The notes under the pieces: model-generated
Told to the model about the DNA's origin: nothing
Database searches by the model: none
What the model saw: only the letters and a program-made list of their open reading frames with translations
Translations under genes and position numbers: made by a program
Origin: Candidatus Zixiibacteriota bacterium
GTDB lineage: Bacteria; Chloroflexota; Limnocylindria; QHBO01
Reading direction: 5' to 3'
NCBI GenBank assembly: GCA_035687145.1
Contig: DASRYM010000013.1
Span: 11,677-75,676, forward strand
DNA: 64,000 bases
Part shown: positions 35,502 through 44,020 of the stretch, piece by piece
Position numbering within the stretch: position 1 is the stretch's first letter
Layout: every line of letters starts with the position of its first letter

Positions 35502-36506
35502 TCAGGCCGACCCGCTGGTGACGGGGCGGCCGTCCGAGGCTGCCGAGCGACCGGCACGGCGGAAGACCGCCACGATCTCCCAGGCGGTGATGCCCACCAC
35601 GGCGGCGGCCAGCAGGAGCATCGCCGGGCCGGTGCCGTCGGCCAGCGCGGGCCAGCCGAGCGCCTCGGCGAAAGCGGGGTTGATCAGGGCGCCGCTCAGC
35701 GCCAGCCAGGCGACCGGCACCGCGAAGGCGACCTGCAGGATGGCGTGGACGAAGGCCAGGACGGCGTTCCACCGCCCCACGACGAACGCCATGACCTGGA
35801 GGGCGGCCAGCGCCACCAGGACCGCGATCAGGATCGGCAGCCACCCGTCCCACAGCCCCGGGTTGAAGAGCGGGATGGAGTCGCCGCGCTCATCGGTGAA
35901 CCACGCGGGCTGCTGCAGGAACAGGATGCCACCGATGGTCAGCGAGGTCGTCACGAGCTCCCCCACCATCTCGCCCGCGCCGACACGGACGTTCGGCAGT
36001 GCCGGCAGCATGTCCACCGTCCACTGGCGGCTGGCCTTCTGGACCTCGTCCCTCGCGCCGCGCATCGCGTCGGCGCGCTCCACCACCGCGAAGGTGGCCG
36101 TCACCCAGAAGACCATGTGCACGGCGGCATTCCACGCCCCACCGACGCCAGCGGCCAGGGCATCCCAGTAGTCTCCGCCGCCGGCGAGCTTCAGCGCCGC
36201 CACCACCAGGCCCACGATCGGCACACCGGTGGCCAGCAGCATCACCAGGATGTGGCGGTAGACCAGGAACAGGTCCGGACCGATGAGGTGGAAGGGCCGC
36301 CCGGCCAGATCCGCGGCGAGGCGTGATGGCTCGCCCATCGCCTCCAGGACGGCCTTCTCGGCGGCCAGGCGTTCCTCTCCCGCCGCGGTGCGGTCCTGGA
36401 CAGCCTCCTCGATCGATGAGCGGAACTCGCGCTCAACGTCGGCGCGCTGACGCTCGGGGATGCCGCGCAGGACGGCGGCCAGGTATCGGTCAGTCAGCGA
36501 GGTCAT
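35502..36506 (-). CDS. PadR-associated polytopic membrane protein (HAAS / permease-prefix-domain-like N-terminus)
   Basis: About 334 aa from ATG 36506. The cytoplasmic helical N-terminus is LTDRYLAAVLRGIPERQRADVEREFRSSIEEAV, followed by at least 6 TM helices. The start overlaps the PadR 3' end by 17 nt. Confidence 0.7.
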   Translation of the reverse strand: MTSLTDRYLAAVLRGIPERQRADVEREFRSSIEEAVQDRTAAGEERLAAEKAVLEAMGEPSRLAADLAGRPFHLIGPDLFLVYRHILVMLLATGVPIVGLVVAALKLAGGGDYWDALAAGVGGAWNAAVHMVFWVTATFAVVERADAMRGARDEVQKASRQWTVDMLPALPNVRVGAGEMVGELVTTSLTIGGILFLQQPAWFTDERGDSIPLFNPGLWDGWLPILIAVLVALAALQVMAFVVGRWNAVLAFVHAILQVAFAVPVAWLALSGALINPAFAEALGWPALADGTGPAMLLLAAAVVGITAWEIVAVFRRAGRSAASDGRPVTSGSA

Positions 36507-36843
36507 GGGGGGTGCCTCCATTCAGGGCGTGCAGCGACGCCGTCAGGTCGTTCATCTCGGCCAGCAGCCGATCAGCTAGCGCCGCGCCCTGCGGGCTGGT
36601 GCGGTAGAACTTCCGCGGTCGCGACTCGTCGGTGTTCCACACGCTGACCAGCAGCCCGCGCTCCTCCAGCCGGCGCAGCAGCGGATAGATGGTGTTCGCG
36701 TCGCTCGGGATGCCGGCCGTCTCCAGCGTCTTCAACAGGCCGTAGCCGTAGCCCGGGGTGCGGAGGGCGAGGAGGCAGGCAAGCACCACCGTCCCCCGAC
36801 GGAGCTCCTGCCGATGTCCCGCGACCAGGTCCTCATCTATCAT
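36490..36843 (-). CDS. PadR-family transcriptional regulator
   Basis: 117 aa with LACLLALRTPGYGYGLLKTLETAGIPSDANTIYPLLRRLEERGLLVSVW...RKFYRTSPQG. Confidence 0.9.
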   Translation of the reverse strand: MIDEDLVAGHRQELRRGTVVLACLLALRTPGYGYGLLKTLETAGIPSDANTIYPLLRRLEERGLLVSVWNTDESRPRKFYRTSPQGAALADRLLAEMNDLTASLHALNGGTPHDLAD

Positions 36844-36850
36844 GGCTGCG

Positions 36851-36880
36851 ACAATAGTGTGTGACGCACAATAGTGTCAA
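36851..36880 (-). promoter_or_regulatory. PadR operon promoter TTGACA-18 nt-TATTGT with two 10-bp direct repeats (ACACTATTGT) over -35 and -10
   Basis: The minus strand reads TTGACACTATTGTGCGTCACACACTATTGTCGCAGCC-ATG. The ATG is 7 nt after the -10 (leaderless geometry). This is the most AT-rich spot in the neighbourhood. Confidence 0.5.
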
Positions 36881-36916
36881 GCCTGGGCGCCAGGGCAGGC
36901 CCCGATGGCTCAGGCC

Positions 36917-37082
36917 GCCCCGACTGCTGGCGCCGAATCACCACCTGTTGGTGGTAAAGGCGAGGAACCTGCCGCTTCGTCGCGAATCCACCAGCCGGTG
37001 ACCACTGCGGACGAGAAAGGGGCCTGATTTCGGGTCCAGCGCTCGGGAACGTCGCCTTTACCACCAGCCAGTGGTGACTCGG
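36917..37082 (+). mobile_element. Family-B element (~166 bp, MITE-like), copy 1
   Basis: Terminal inverted repeats are CGAATCACCACCTGTTGGTGGTAAAGGCGA and TCGCCTTTACCACCAGCCAGTGGTGACTCGG. There is a central GC hairpin. It ends 12 nt from the SRPBCC stop codon. Confidence 0.65.
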
Positions 37083-37093
37083 ACCGGGAAGGT

Positions 37094-37552
37094 TCAGCCG
37101 GTGGGAGCGCGCCCCTCCATCATCGCGACGGCGCGGGCCATGGCGCGTCGCATAGAGCTGCGCAGGTTGCGCTCGATCATCGGCGCCATGAACCCCATCA
37201 GCCGCGGGTGCTTGAGCTCGAGGGTGTTCGTTTGCGTCCAGTGGGTCCCGTCGCCGTTGGACTCGTAGGCCCACGATCCCCCGCCACCGCCGACCCACGA
37301 CGAGTCGACGTCCACGAACGCCGCGCTCGTCCGCTCACCTCGGCGGAAGAGCTGGTACTCCAGCGTCATGCGGCCGACGGACCTGATCTCGAGCCGGACG
37401 CGAAGCGGCTCGTCGGAGAGAACCTCGGCCGACACGACGGAGTCGTCCCACTCGGCGCGGTGCGCGTAGTCCTGGGTGAAATCGAAGACGGCGACCCGGT
37501 CGCGCGCGACATCGACCGTCTCGGAGACGGTCACCGTGCGTCGAGTTGCCAT
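37094..37552 (-). CDS. SRPBCC (START/polyketide cyclase-like) family protein
   Basis: 152 aa with VDVARDRVAVFDFTQDYAHRAEWD. Family-B elements flank it on both sides. Confidence 0.75.
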   Translation of the reverse strand: MATRRTVTVSETVDVARDRVAVFDFTQDYAHRAEWDDSVVSAEVLSDEPLRVRLEIRSVGRMTLEYQLFRRGERTSAAFVDVDSSWVGGGGGSWAYESNGDGTHWTQTNTLELKHPRLMGFMAPMIERNLRSSMRRAMARAVAMMEGRAPTG

Positions 37553-37622
37553 GCCGCGACGGTATCGCGGCGGCGCCGCGGGTCGAATCCGACGAAGGAC
37601 GTATCGCCGGCCCGACGGACGG

Positions 37623-37791
37623 CCGTCTGCTGGCGTTGGTGCCGATTCACCAGCAGGTGGTGGTAAAGGCGAGGAACCAGCCAGTTCGTCGCGAATTCAC
37701 CAGCCGGTGACCTCTTCCGACCAAGAAGGGGCCCGGATTCGGCCCCCGCGCTCGGGATCGTCGCCTTTACCACCAGGTGGTGGTGACTTCG
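37623..37791 (+). mobile_element. Family-B element, copy 2
   Basis: Same architecture and orientation as copy 1, but more diverged (GATTCACCAGCAGGTGGTGGTAAAGGCGA ... TCGCCTTTACCACCAGGTGGTGGTGACTTCG). Confidence 0.65.
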
Positions 37792-37805
37792 TCACCCTCC
37801 GGGTC

Positions 37806-37973
37806 GCCCCCGACTGCTGGCGTCGAATCACCACCTGTTGGTGGTAAAGGCGAGGAACCTGCCACTTCGTCGCGAATCCACCAGCCGGGGACCACTAGGG
37901 GCGACGATTGGGGCTCGAATTCGGCCCCAGCGCCCAGGATCGTCTCCTTTACCACCAGCTGGTGGTGACTCGG
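37806..37973 (+). mobile_element. Family-B element, copy 3
   Basis: It lies 14 nt after copy 2. It is nearly identical to copy 1 in its first ~85 nt and its last ~35 nt, and differs in the centre. Confidence 0.65.
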
Positions 37974-37997
37974 TGGCGTCCGGAGCGGCCGAAGCGG

Positions 37998-38381
37998 CTA
38001 CGGCTGCTCCCCGGGAGCCGGCATCGGGCTCATCAGCTGGAAGTAGTTGCCGTCGGGATCCGCGAAGGTGGCGATCAGCCCGTCCTCGCCCTCGAAGCCG
38101 TACGGCTCGCGAAGGACGATGGCGCCGGCCGCCTTGAACCGTTCGAAGTCGGACCGCACGTCGGTCGATTCCACGTTCCAGATGATCCGCCCGGGATGCA
38201 CGCTCTTCCCGGTGACCTCGCTGTGCGGACCGATGGTGACCGCCCCGCCACCGAGGAGCCAGCCCGTGTAGCCGCCGTCCTTCCACCCCGGCTCGCCGAA
38301 GAGCCGCGTGTAGTAGTCGACCAGCGCGTCCGGGTTCTCGGAGCCGATGAGGATGCTGTTGAAGGTCAGGGTGCTGTTCAT
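37998..38381 (-). CDS. VOC-family (glyoxalase/bleomycin-resistance fold) protein
   Basis: 127 aa from ATG 38381 with ATFADPDGNYFQLM. Confidence 0.8.
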   Translation of the reverse strand: MNSTLTFNSILIGSENPDALVDYYTRLFGEPGWKDGGYTGWLLGGGAVTIGPHSEVTGKSVHPGRIIWNVESTDVRSDFERFKAAGAIVLREPYGFEGEDGLIATFADPDGNYFQLMSPMPAPGEQP

Positions 38382-38506
38382 GTTCCTGTGACCGATGCTG
38401 CCGCAGGAACTCATCGGCCTGCAGCAGTTCATGCCGCGGGCCCTCCCGCGCGAGTCTGGCACGCATTCCGCATATGCCATGGGCAGGACCACACCCACCG
38501 GAGCGC

Positions 38507-38716
38507 ATGGTGGCAGGCAGGAACCGGCACGGCGAGAGCTTCGAGCAGCTCTTCCTGCTGCGCCTGTGCTACCCGTACCGCAGCGATTACGACGCGCGCG
38601 GCACCATGACCGTGGACGAGACCATCGCCTACGCCGAGCATCTGCTGCGCATGGCCCGCATCCGCGAGCAGTGGACGGGCTGGGGTGAGCGCGGCCCGGC
38701 CCCGCGTACCGCCTGA
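38507..38716 (+). CDS. Possible small hypothetical protein
   Basis: 69 aa from ATG 38507. No family or convincing ribosome-binding site was recognised. Confidence 0.25.
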   Translation: MVAGRNRHGESFEQLFLLRLCYPYRSDYDARGTMTVDETIAYAEHLLRMARIREQWTGWGERGPAPRTA

Positions 38717-38798
38717 CCTACCCGGCATCTTCCCGGACGTACCAGTTTGGTCCTATCGGGCCATAGGAGCCGGAACCCCCACGTCGCACACTCCGGGC

Positions 38799-39272
38799 AT
38801 GACCGATCGCGTGAGCCGGCGCGACAAGCTCACCGGGCTGCCCAACCTGGCGGCCTGGACCGACGCGCTCGCGAGCGAGCGGACGCGCCGATCCCGGTAC
38901 CGGCGGCCGGTGGTGATCATGAACGTGGATGTCGTCGGCACCGAGCGTACCAACCGCCGCTTCGGCCGAGCGGCCGGCGACGAGTTGCTGCTGGCGGCCG
39001 CGCGCCTGCTGCGCTCGAGCCTGCGCGACGCGGACCTGGTGGCGCGCATCGGTCCTGACGAGTTCGGCGTGCTGATGCCGGAGACGCACCCGGAGGCCAT
39101 GGAGCCGATCGTGGCCCGCCTGCACGAGGCCGCCGCCAGCTGGCGCTTCTCGCGCCCCGAGCTGAGGCTGGAGCTCGCCATCGGCTGGGCGGCGCCCGAG
39201 CCCTTCGGCGGGCTGGAACGGGCGCGGCACGAGGCGTTGGCGCGCATTCGACTGGCCAGGCCCGGCGCCTGA
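38799..39272 (+). CDS. Stand-alone GGDEF-domain protein with a degenerate active site (GPDEF)
   Basis: 157 aa from ATG 38799 with RDKLTGLPN ... FGRAAGDELL ... ARIGPDEFGVLM. There is no sensor domain. Confidence 0.7.
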   Translation: MTDRVSRRDKLTGLPNLAAWTDALASERTRRSRYRRPVVIMNVDVVGTERTNRRFGRAAGDELLLAAARLLRSSLRDADLVARIGPDEFGVLMPETHPEAMEPIVARLHEAAASWRFSRPELRLELAIGWAAPEPFGGLERARHEALARIRLARPGA

Positions 39273-39297
39273 CGCGGGCAGCGGCTACCATGCCGCC

Positions 39298-41289
39298 GTG
39301 CTCTACGACTACGGGCAGGTGACGCCCCAGACCGTCACCGCCGAGGCCGAGGCTGCCCTGCGCCGCGCGGATGAGCTGGTCGACCGTGCGGTCTCGCCGC
39401 CGTCGCTGACCTTCGACGACACCCTCGCGCTCGTGGAGCTGGCCGCCGGCGAGATCGCCATCGGCTACGGGCGGTCGGCGTTCATGGCCCACGTGCATCC
39501 CGACGCGGCCGTTCGCGATGCGGGCCAGGCCGCCGAGGAGCAGCTCCACAAGTGGGGCGTGAGCATCACCTTCCGCGAGGACCTGTACCGCGTCATCCGC
39601 AGCTTCAGCCAGACCGATGAGGCGGCCGCCCTGGAGGGCGAGCGGCGCCGGCTGCTGGAGCATTGGCTGCGCGACTTCCGGCGCGCCGGCCACGAGCTGG
39701 CTCGCGAGCAGCGCAGCGAGCTCGAGGCCCTGCGACGGCGGGTGGTGGAGCTGGAGGTCGCCTTCCGGCGCAACGTCGCCGAGCACCGGGACTGGATCGA
39801 GGTCACGCGCGAGGAGCTGGACGGGCTGCCGGAGACCTACATCCAGGGCCTCAAGCCGGGTGCGGCGCCGGGGACCTACCGCGTGAGCCTGGATTATCCC
39901 GAGTACAACCCGTTCATCGAGCAGGCGCGCAGCCGGCCGCACCGCGAGGCGCTGTTCCGCAAGGAGTGGAACGAGGCGGCCAAGCTCAACCGTCCGCTGC
40001 TGGCGGAGGCGCTCGACGTGCGCCGCCGAATCGCGGCGCTGCTGGGCTACCCGACCTGGGCGCACTACGCCATGGAGGTCCAGATGGCCGGCAACCCGGA
40101 GCGGGTCCGCGCCTTCTACGACGACCTGCGGCCGCCCCTCGAGGCCGCAGCCCGGCGCGAGGCGGAGGCCCTGCGGGGCCTGCACGCCGCGGCCGGCCAC
40201 GACGACGAGCTGCAGCCCTGGGACTGGCGCTTCTACGACACGCAGCAGGCCCGCGAGGATCACGGCGTCGACCAGAACGAGGTCAGCGCCTACCTGCCGC
40301 TCGACCAGGTGCTGGACGGCATGTTCGCCCTGACCGGTGACGTGTTCGGGCTGGAGTACTGCCCCGTCCCCGAGGCCCGCGCCTGGCACCCATCGGTGCA
40401 GCTGTTCGAGGTCCGCGACCGCGAGAGCGGCGAGACGCTCGCCCACTTCTACACCGACCTCTTCCCGCGGGAGGGCAAGTACGGGCATGCCGCCGCCTTC
40501 CCGCTGGTGGTCGGCCACGAGGGGGCCGATGGCACCTACGTCAGGCCGGTGAGCGCCATCGTGGCCAACTTCACTCGGCCGTCCGGGGACCGGCCCAGCC
40601 TGCTGACCCACGGCCCGCACGGGGAGATCGAGACCCTGTTCCACGAGTTCGGGCACATCCTGCACATGAGCCTGACCCGCGCGCGTTTCACGCGCTTCAG
40701 CGCGGCGGAGACCGAGCGCGACTTCGTGGAGGCACCGTCGCAGATCATGGAGCACTGGGTCTGGGAGCCATCGATCCTGCAGCGCTTCGCGAAGCACTTC
40801 CGCACCGGGCAGCCGATCCCGCGCGAGCTGGTGGAACGCATGGTCGGCGCCCGGTTCCTGAACGTCGGCACCCGCGCGGTCCGCCAGGTGTTCTTCGGCA
40901 CCCTGGATCTTGCCCTGCACGCCACCCCCGAGCCGCCCGACCTCGACGCCGCGATCCGCGAGGCATGGGCGATCACCGGCCTGCCGTACCCGGAAGGGAC
41001 CTTCATGCTGGCCGGCTTCGGGCACCTGATGGGCGGCTACGACGCCGGCTACTACGGCTACCTGTGGGCCGAGGTCATCGGCGACGACATGTGGAGCCGC
41101 TTCGCCGCCGAGGGCATCACCTCCCCGGACGTGGGCCGCCAGTACCGGCGGGCGGTGCTGGAGCCGAACGGGTCGCGTTCCGGTGACGAGCTGGTCGAGG
41201 CCTTCCTGGGACGGCCCGTCTCGTCCCGGAGCTTCCTGCGCCTTCGCGGCATGGCCGACAGCCCAGGAAGCCCGGCGCCAGGCGGCTGA
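39298..41289 (+). CDS. M3-family zinc metallopeptidase (oligopeptidase / Dcp-like)
   Basis: 663 aa with a GTG start; TACCAT lies 6 nt upstream. The zinc motif is LFHEFGHILH, with GGYDAGYYGYLW further downstream. Confidence 0.9.
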   Translation: MLYDYGQVTPQTVTAEAEAALRRADELVDRAVSPPSLTFDDTLALVELAAGEIAIGYGRSAFMAHVHPDAAVRDAGQAAEEQLHKWGVSITFREDLYRVIRSFSQTDEAAALEGERRRLLEHWLRDFRRAGHELAREQRSELEALRRRVVELEVAFRRNVAEHRDWIEVTREELDGLPETYIQGLKPGAAPGTYRVSLDYPEYNPFIEQARSRPHREALFRKEWNEAAKLNRPLLAEALDVRRRIAALLGYPTWAHYAMEVQMAGNPERVRAFYDDLRPPLEAAARREAEALRGLHAAAGHDDELQPWDWRFYDTQQAREDHGVDQNEVSAYLPLDQVLDGMFALTGDVFGLEYCPVPEARAWHPSVQLFEVRDRESGETLAHFYTDLFPREGKYGHAAAFPLVVGHEGADGTYVRPVSAIVANFTRPSGDRPSLLTHGPHGEIETLFHEFGHILHMSLTRARFTRFSAAETERDFVEAPSQIMEHWVWEPSILQRFAKHFRTGQPIPRELVERMVGARFLNVGTRAVRQVFFGTLDLALHATPEPPDLDAAIREAWAITGLPYPEGTFMLAGFGHLMGGYDAGYYGYLWAEVIGDDMWSRFAAEGITSPDVGRQYRRAVLEPNGSRSGDELVEAFLGRPVSSRSFLRLRGMADSPGSPAPGG

Positions 41290-41475
41290 AGGCCTCCGGG
41301 GAATCGGTCCATGGTGGTCGGTCCGAGCGTGACGGGGAGCAAATTCCTCCCCCAGCCCGGGACCCATGTACTGGCCGCAGCCCCGAGCGCCACGCGCAGA
41401 CTTGCGTTGTCATACATGGGCGCCGATGCGCCCGCTCCACCTTCATCTGGTTTCATCGGGAGGAACGTATCGATC

Positions 41476-42051
41476 ATGCGCAGGCTGCGAACGCATGTGC
41501 TTGCCCTCGTGGCGGCCACCATGTTGGTCGCCATGTCCATCACGGCGGCGTTCGGCGCCCGTCCCTGGGAGACGGTGGACGGCGAGACCGCCCCGAACCG
41601 CGGCCTCCAGGTGGCCGCCTTCGTCCACGGCCTGATCTCCGGGGACGAGGAGGGCGACCAGGAGCAGGCCGAGGAGGACACCACCGAGGACGAGCAGACC
41701 GAGGAATCCGAGGAGGAGGCCGAGTCCGAGGAAGCCGGGAACCACGGCCAGTGCGTCAGCGAGTGGGCGCGCGGCGACGAGGTCGGCGGCCCGAACCAGA
41801 ACCATGGCTTCGTGGTGAGCCACGCGGCCCGCGTGCTGTGCTGGGAAGACAGCCAGGCGGCCGAGGACACCGACGACACTCAGTCCGACGAGGCGACCGA
41901 GAGCGAGAGCGAGCTCCAGGAGGCTGGCCCCGGGAACTCGGCTGCGGCTCACGCCCGCAACGCCGAGCGCAAGGCGGCCCACGCCGAGGCGAAGGCGGCC
42001 AAGGTCAAGGGTGGCCGGGGGCACGCCTTCGGACGTGCCGGACGGCCCTGA
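41476..42051 (+). CDS. Secreted acidic protein, hypothetical
   Basis: 191 aa from ATG 41476, with GGGAGGA upstream. The signal peptide is MRRLRTHVLALVAATMLVAMSITAAFG. It has Asp/Glu-rich tracts and a duplicated NHGxxVSxxAR motif. Confidence 0.55.
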   Translation: MRRLRTHVLALVAATMLVAMSITAAFGARPWETVDGETAPNRGLQVAAFVHGLISGDEEGDQEQAEEDTTEDEQTEESEEEAESEEAGNHGQCVSEWARGDEVGGPNQNHGFVVSHAARVLCWEDSQAAEDTDDTQSDEATESESELQEAGPGNSAAAHARNAERKAAHAEAKAAKVKGGRGHAFGRAGRP

Positions 42052-42078
42052 CCTCCGTCCTCCAGGCACCCTCAGACA

Positions 42079-42108
42079 CGAGAGCCCGGACGCAGCGCCG
42101 GGCTCTCG
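42079..42108 (+). terminator. Hairpin terminator candidate
   Basis: A perfect 11-bp stem (CGAGAGCCCGG / CCGGGCTCTCG) with an 8-nt loop, 28 nt after the stop. The tail (TCATCTCC) is T-poor. Confidence 0.5.
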
Positions 42109-42159
42109 TCATCTCCGACGTGCCTGCGCGCGCTTGTCCCGCCGTGAGATAAACCGGGC

Positions 42160-43161
42160 ATGCGACGGCGGCTGGTGCGCCTGGCGATCGCGGTCCTGGG
42201 CGGGATCCTCCTGGGGGCCGGTGGCCTCGTGGCCTTCCTGGTCCTCAGCAACCCGGGCCCGCGCTTCACCGAGGACTGGGAGCTCATGACCTCCATGCCG
42301 GACGCCCGGGGTGAGACGGCGGTGGCGGTGATCCCGCCGCATGCCTACGTCATCGGCGGCCTCACCGGGCTCACGCCCAGCGCGACCGCCGCGGTGGACG
42401 TGTACGACGCCAGGCAGGACGCCTGGAGCCAGGCCCCCGACCTGCCGCAGCCGCGGCACCACGCCGGAGCCGCCGCACTGAACGGGATCCTCTACGTCTC
42501 CGGAGGCGGCCCGAGCGCCACCGACTGGACGCCCCAGCCCACGATGTGGGCCCTGGACCCGGGCGCCGACGCCTGGCGCGAGGTGGCACCCATGCCGGAG
42601 GGGCGGCTGGGGCATCGCATGCTGGCGGTCGGCGACCGGCTCTACGTGGTCGGTGGCGTCAGCGGCAGCGCCTACGTCCTCATCTACGACGCGGGGGCCG
42701 ACGCCTGGTCGTTGGGCGCGCCGCTGGCGGTCCCGCGCGATCACCTGGCGGCCGTGGCGGTCGGCACCGAGATCTGGGCCATCGGCGGGCGGTCGAGCCG
42801 CGGCAACCACGCGAACGTGGACATCTACGACACCGTGGCCGACGCCTGGCGCGCCGGGCCGCCGCTCCCCGAGCCGACGAGCGGGGCCGCGGAGGCGGCC
42901 GTCGGGACCCTGATCTACGTGTCCGGCGGGGAGGACCCGAGCGGCAGCGGTGGGATCATCAACCGCCACTGGCAGCTGGACACGACGGCCGGGGACCGGG
43001 CCGCCTGGGCGCCGCTCACGCCCCCGCCGCTGACGGTCCACGGGGCGCAGGGGGCGGTGGTCGACGGGCGCTTCCTGATCATCGGTGGGGCGCTGCGGCA
43101 GGGCGCCTTCTCATCGGTCTCCTGGACGTCGGCGACCCAGGCCTACCCGTCGCGTCAGTAG
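42160..43161 (+). CDS. Kelch-repeat protein with N-terminal TM anchor
   Basis: 333 aa with TM helix [22 protein letters not shown]. There are about six repeats of the type ...YV(I/V)GG...W...P(L/M)P..R. Confidence 0.75.
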   Translation: MRRRLVRLAIAVLGGILLGAGGLVAFLVLSNPGPRFTEDWELMTSMPDARGETAVAVIPPHAYVIGGLTGLTPSATAAVDVYDARQDAWSQAPDLPQPRHHAGAAALNGILYVSGGGPSATDWTPQPTMWALDPGADAWREVAPMPEGRLGHRMLAVGDRLYVVGGVSGSAYVLIYDAGADAWSLGAPLAVPRDHLAAVAVGTEIWAIGGRSSRGNHANVDIYDTVADAWRAGPPLPEPTSGAAEAAVGTLIYVSGGEDPSGSGGIINRHWQLDTTAGDRAAWAPLTPPPLTVHGAQGAVVDGRFLIIGGALRQGAFSSVSWTSATQAYPSRQ

Positions 43162-43361
43162 TAGTCGGAGCAGGACAAGTAGTAGCCACACCCCCGGCAG
43201 ATCAGCTTGCACTGGCGCTCCTCCATGGCCGAGCCACAGTTCAGGCAGGTGCGCATCAGCTCACCGGGGTCATCGGAATGTCCGTCCGCCTGTCGCTGGA
43301 CCGATAGCGCCGCCGAGGGCGGCGCGAGATCCTGGGGCGTGATGTTGGAGAGCCGCTCCAT
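43155..43361 (-). CDS. Small zinc-ribbon protein, hypothetical
   Basis: 68 aa from ATG 43361, with TATTGT 7 nt upstream. The C-terminus is [30 protein letters not shown]. Confidence 0.55.
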   Translation of the reverse strand: MERLSNITPQDLAPPSAALSVQRQADGHSDDPGELMRTCLNCGSAMEERQCKLICRGCGYYLSCSDYY

Positions 43362-43485
43362 CGGTGCGACAATAGCCACCAGCGACGCAACCCGGGGCGC
43401 GTTCCTTGCAAGAGCCGGGAAGCGCGCCCGTGCACCGTTGCCGTGTGTGGGCTGGCGCCGAGCCGAGCCGAGAGGACGAGCATGC

Positions 43486-43986
43486 ATGATCGAGAACGAC
43501 CTCTACCGCATCCTGCAGGTGGCCCCGGACTGCGATCCGGAGGTGATCGAGGCGGCGTATCGCGCGCTGCGTGCCAAGCTGGATCCGGCGCATGACGTGA
43601 CCGGGGTGCACGAGGTCCGCCAGAAGGAGCTGGACCGTGCCTACAGGATCCTCGGTGATCCGGGGCAGCGCCGCGCCTACGACGGGCGGCGGGCGGCCGG
43701 CATGGTGGCCGTGGGACCCGGGCCGGACGAACCTGGCGCCGTGAGCGTCACCCTCTCCGATCGCCTGGCGGCGAGCGCCATCGATCGCCAGGAGGCGGGG
43801 CACATGACCATCGACTTCGGCCGCTACGCCGGCTGGAGGCTGGCCGACCTGGTGCAGGTGGACCCCGACTACCTGCGCTGGCTGAGCCGGCACTCGTCCG
43901 GGATCCGCTACCGGGGCGCCATCCTGCGCCTGCTGGCCGATCGCGACGAGCATCGCACCCGCCTGCGGGTGCCCAGCGAGCGCTAG
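43486..43986 (+). CDS. J-like domain (HPD replaced by DPA) + DUF3820-like C-terminal domain
   Basis: 166 aa from ATG 43486, with GAGAGGA upstream. The N-terminus is [32 protein letters not shown] and the C-terminus is [31 protein letters not shown]. Confidence 0.65.
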   Translation: MIENDLYRILQVAPDCDPEVIEAAYRALRAKLDPAHDVTGVHEVRQKELDRAYRILGDPGQRRAYDGRRAAGMVAVGPGPDEPGAVSVTLSDRLAASAIDRQEAGHMTIDFGRYAGWRLADLVQVDPDYLRWLSRHSSGIRYRGAILRLLADRDEHRTRLRVPSER

Positions 43987-44020
43987 GCGGCCCGCCGCGG
44001 CGCGCTAGGCTTGCGCCCGC

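Noticed and set aside
37531-37968. Small ORFs inside family-B elements (37531..37773, 37767..37955, 37777..37968)
   Set aside because: The corresponding peptides shift frame between copies 1, 2 and 3, and they have no ribosome-binding sites. The conservation is at the nucleotide and structure level.
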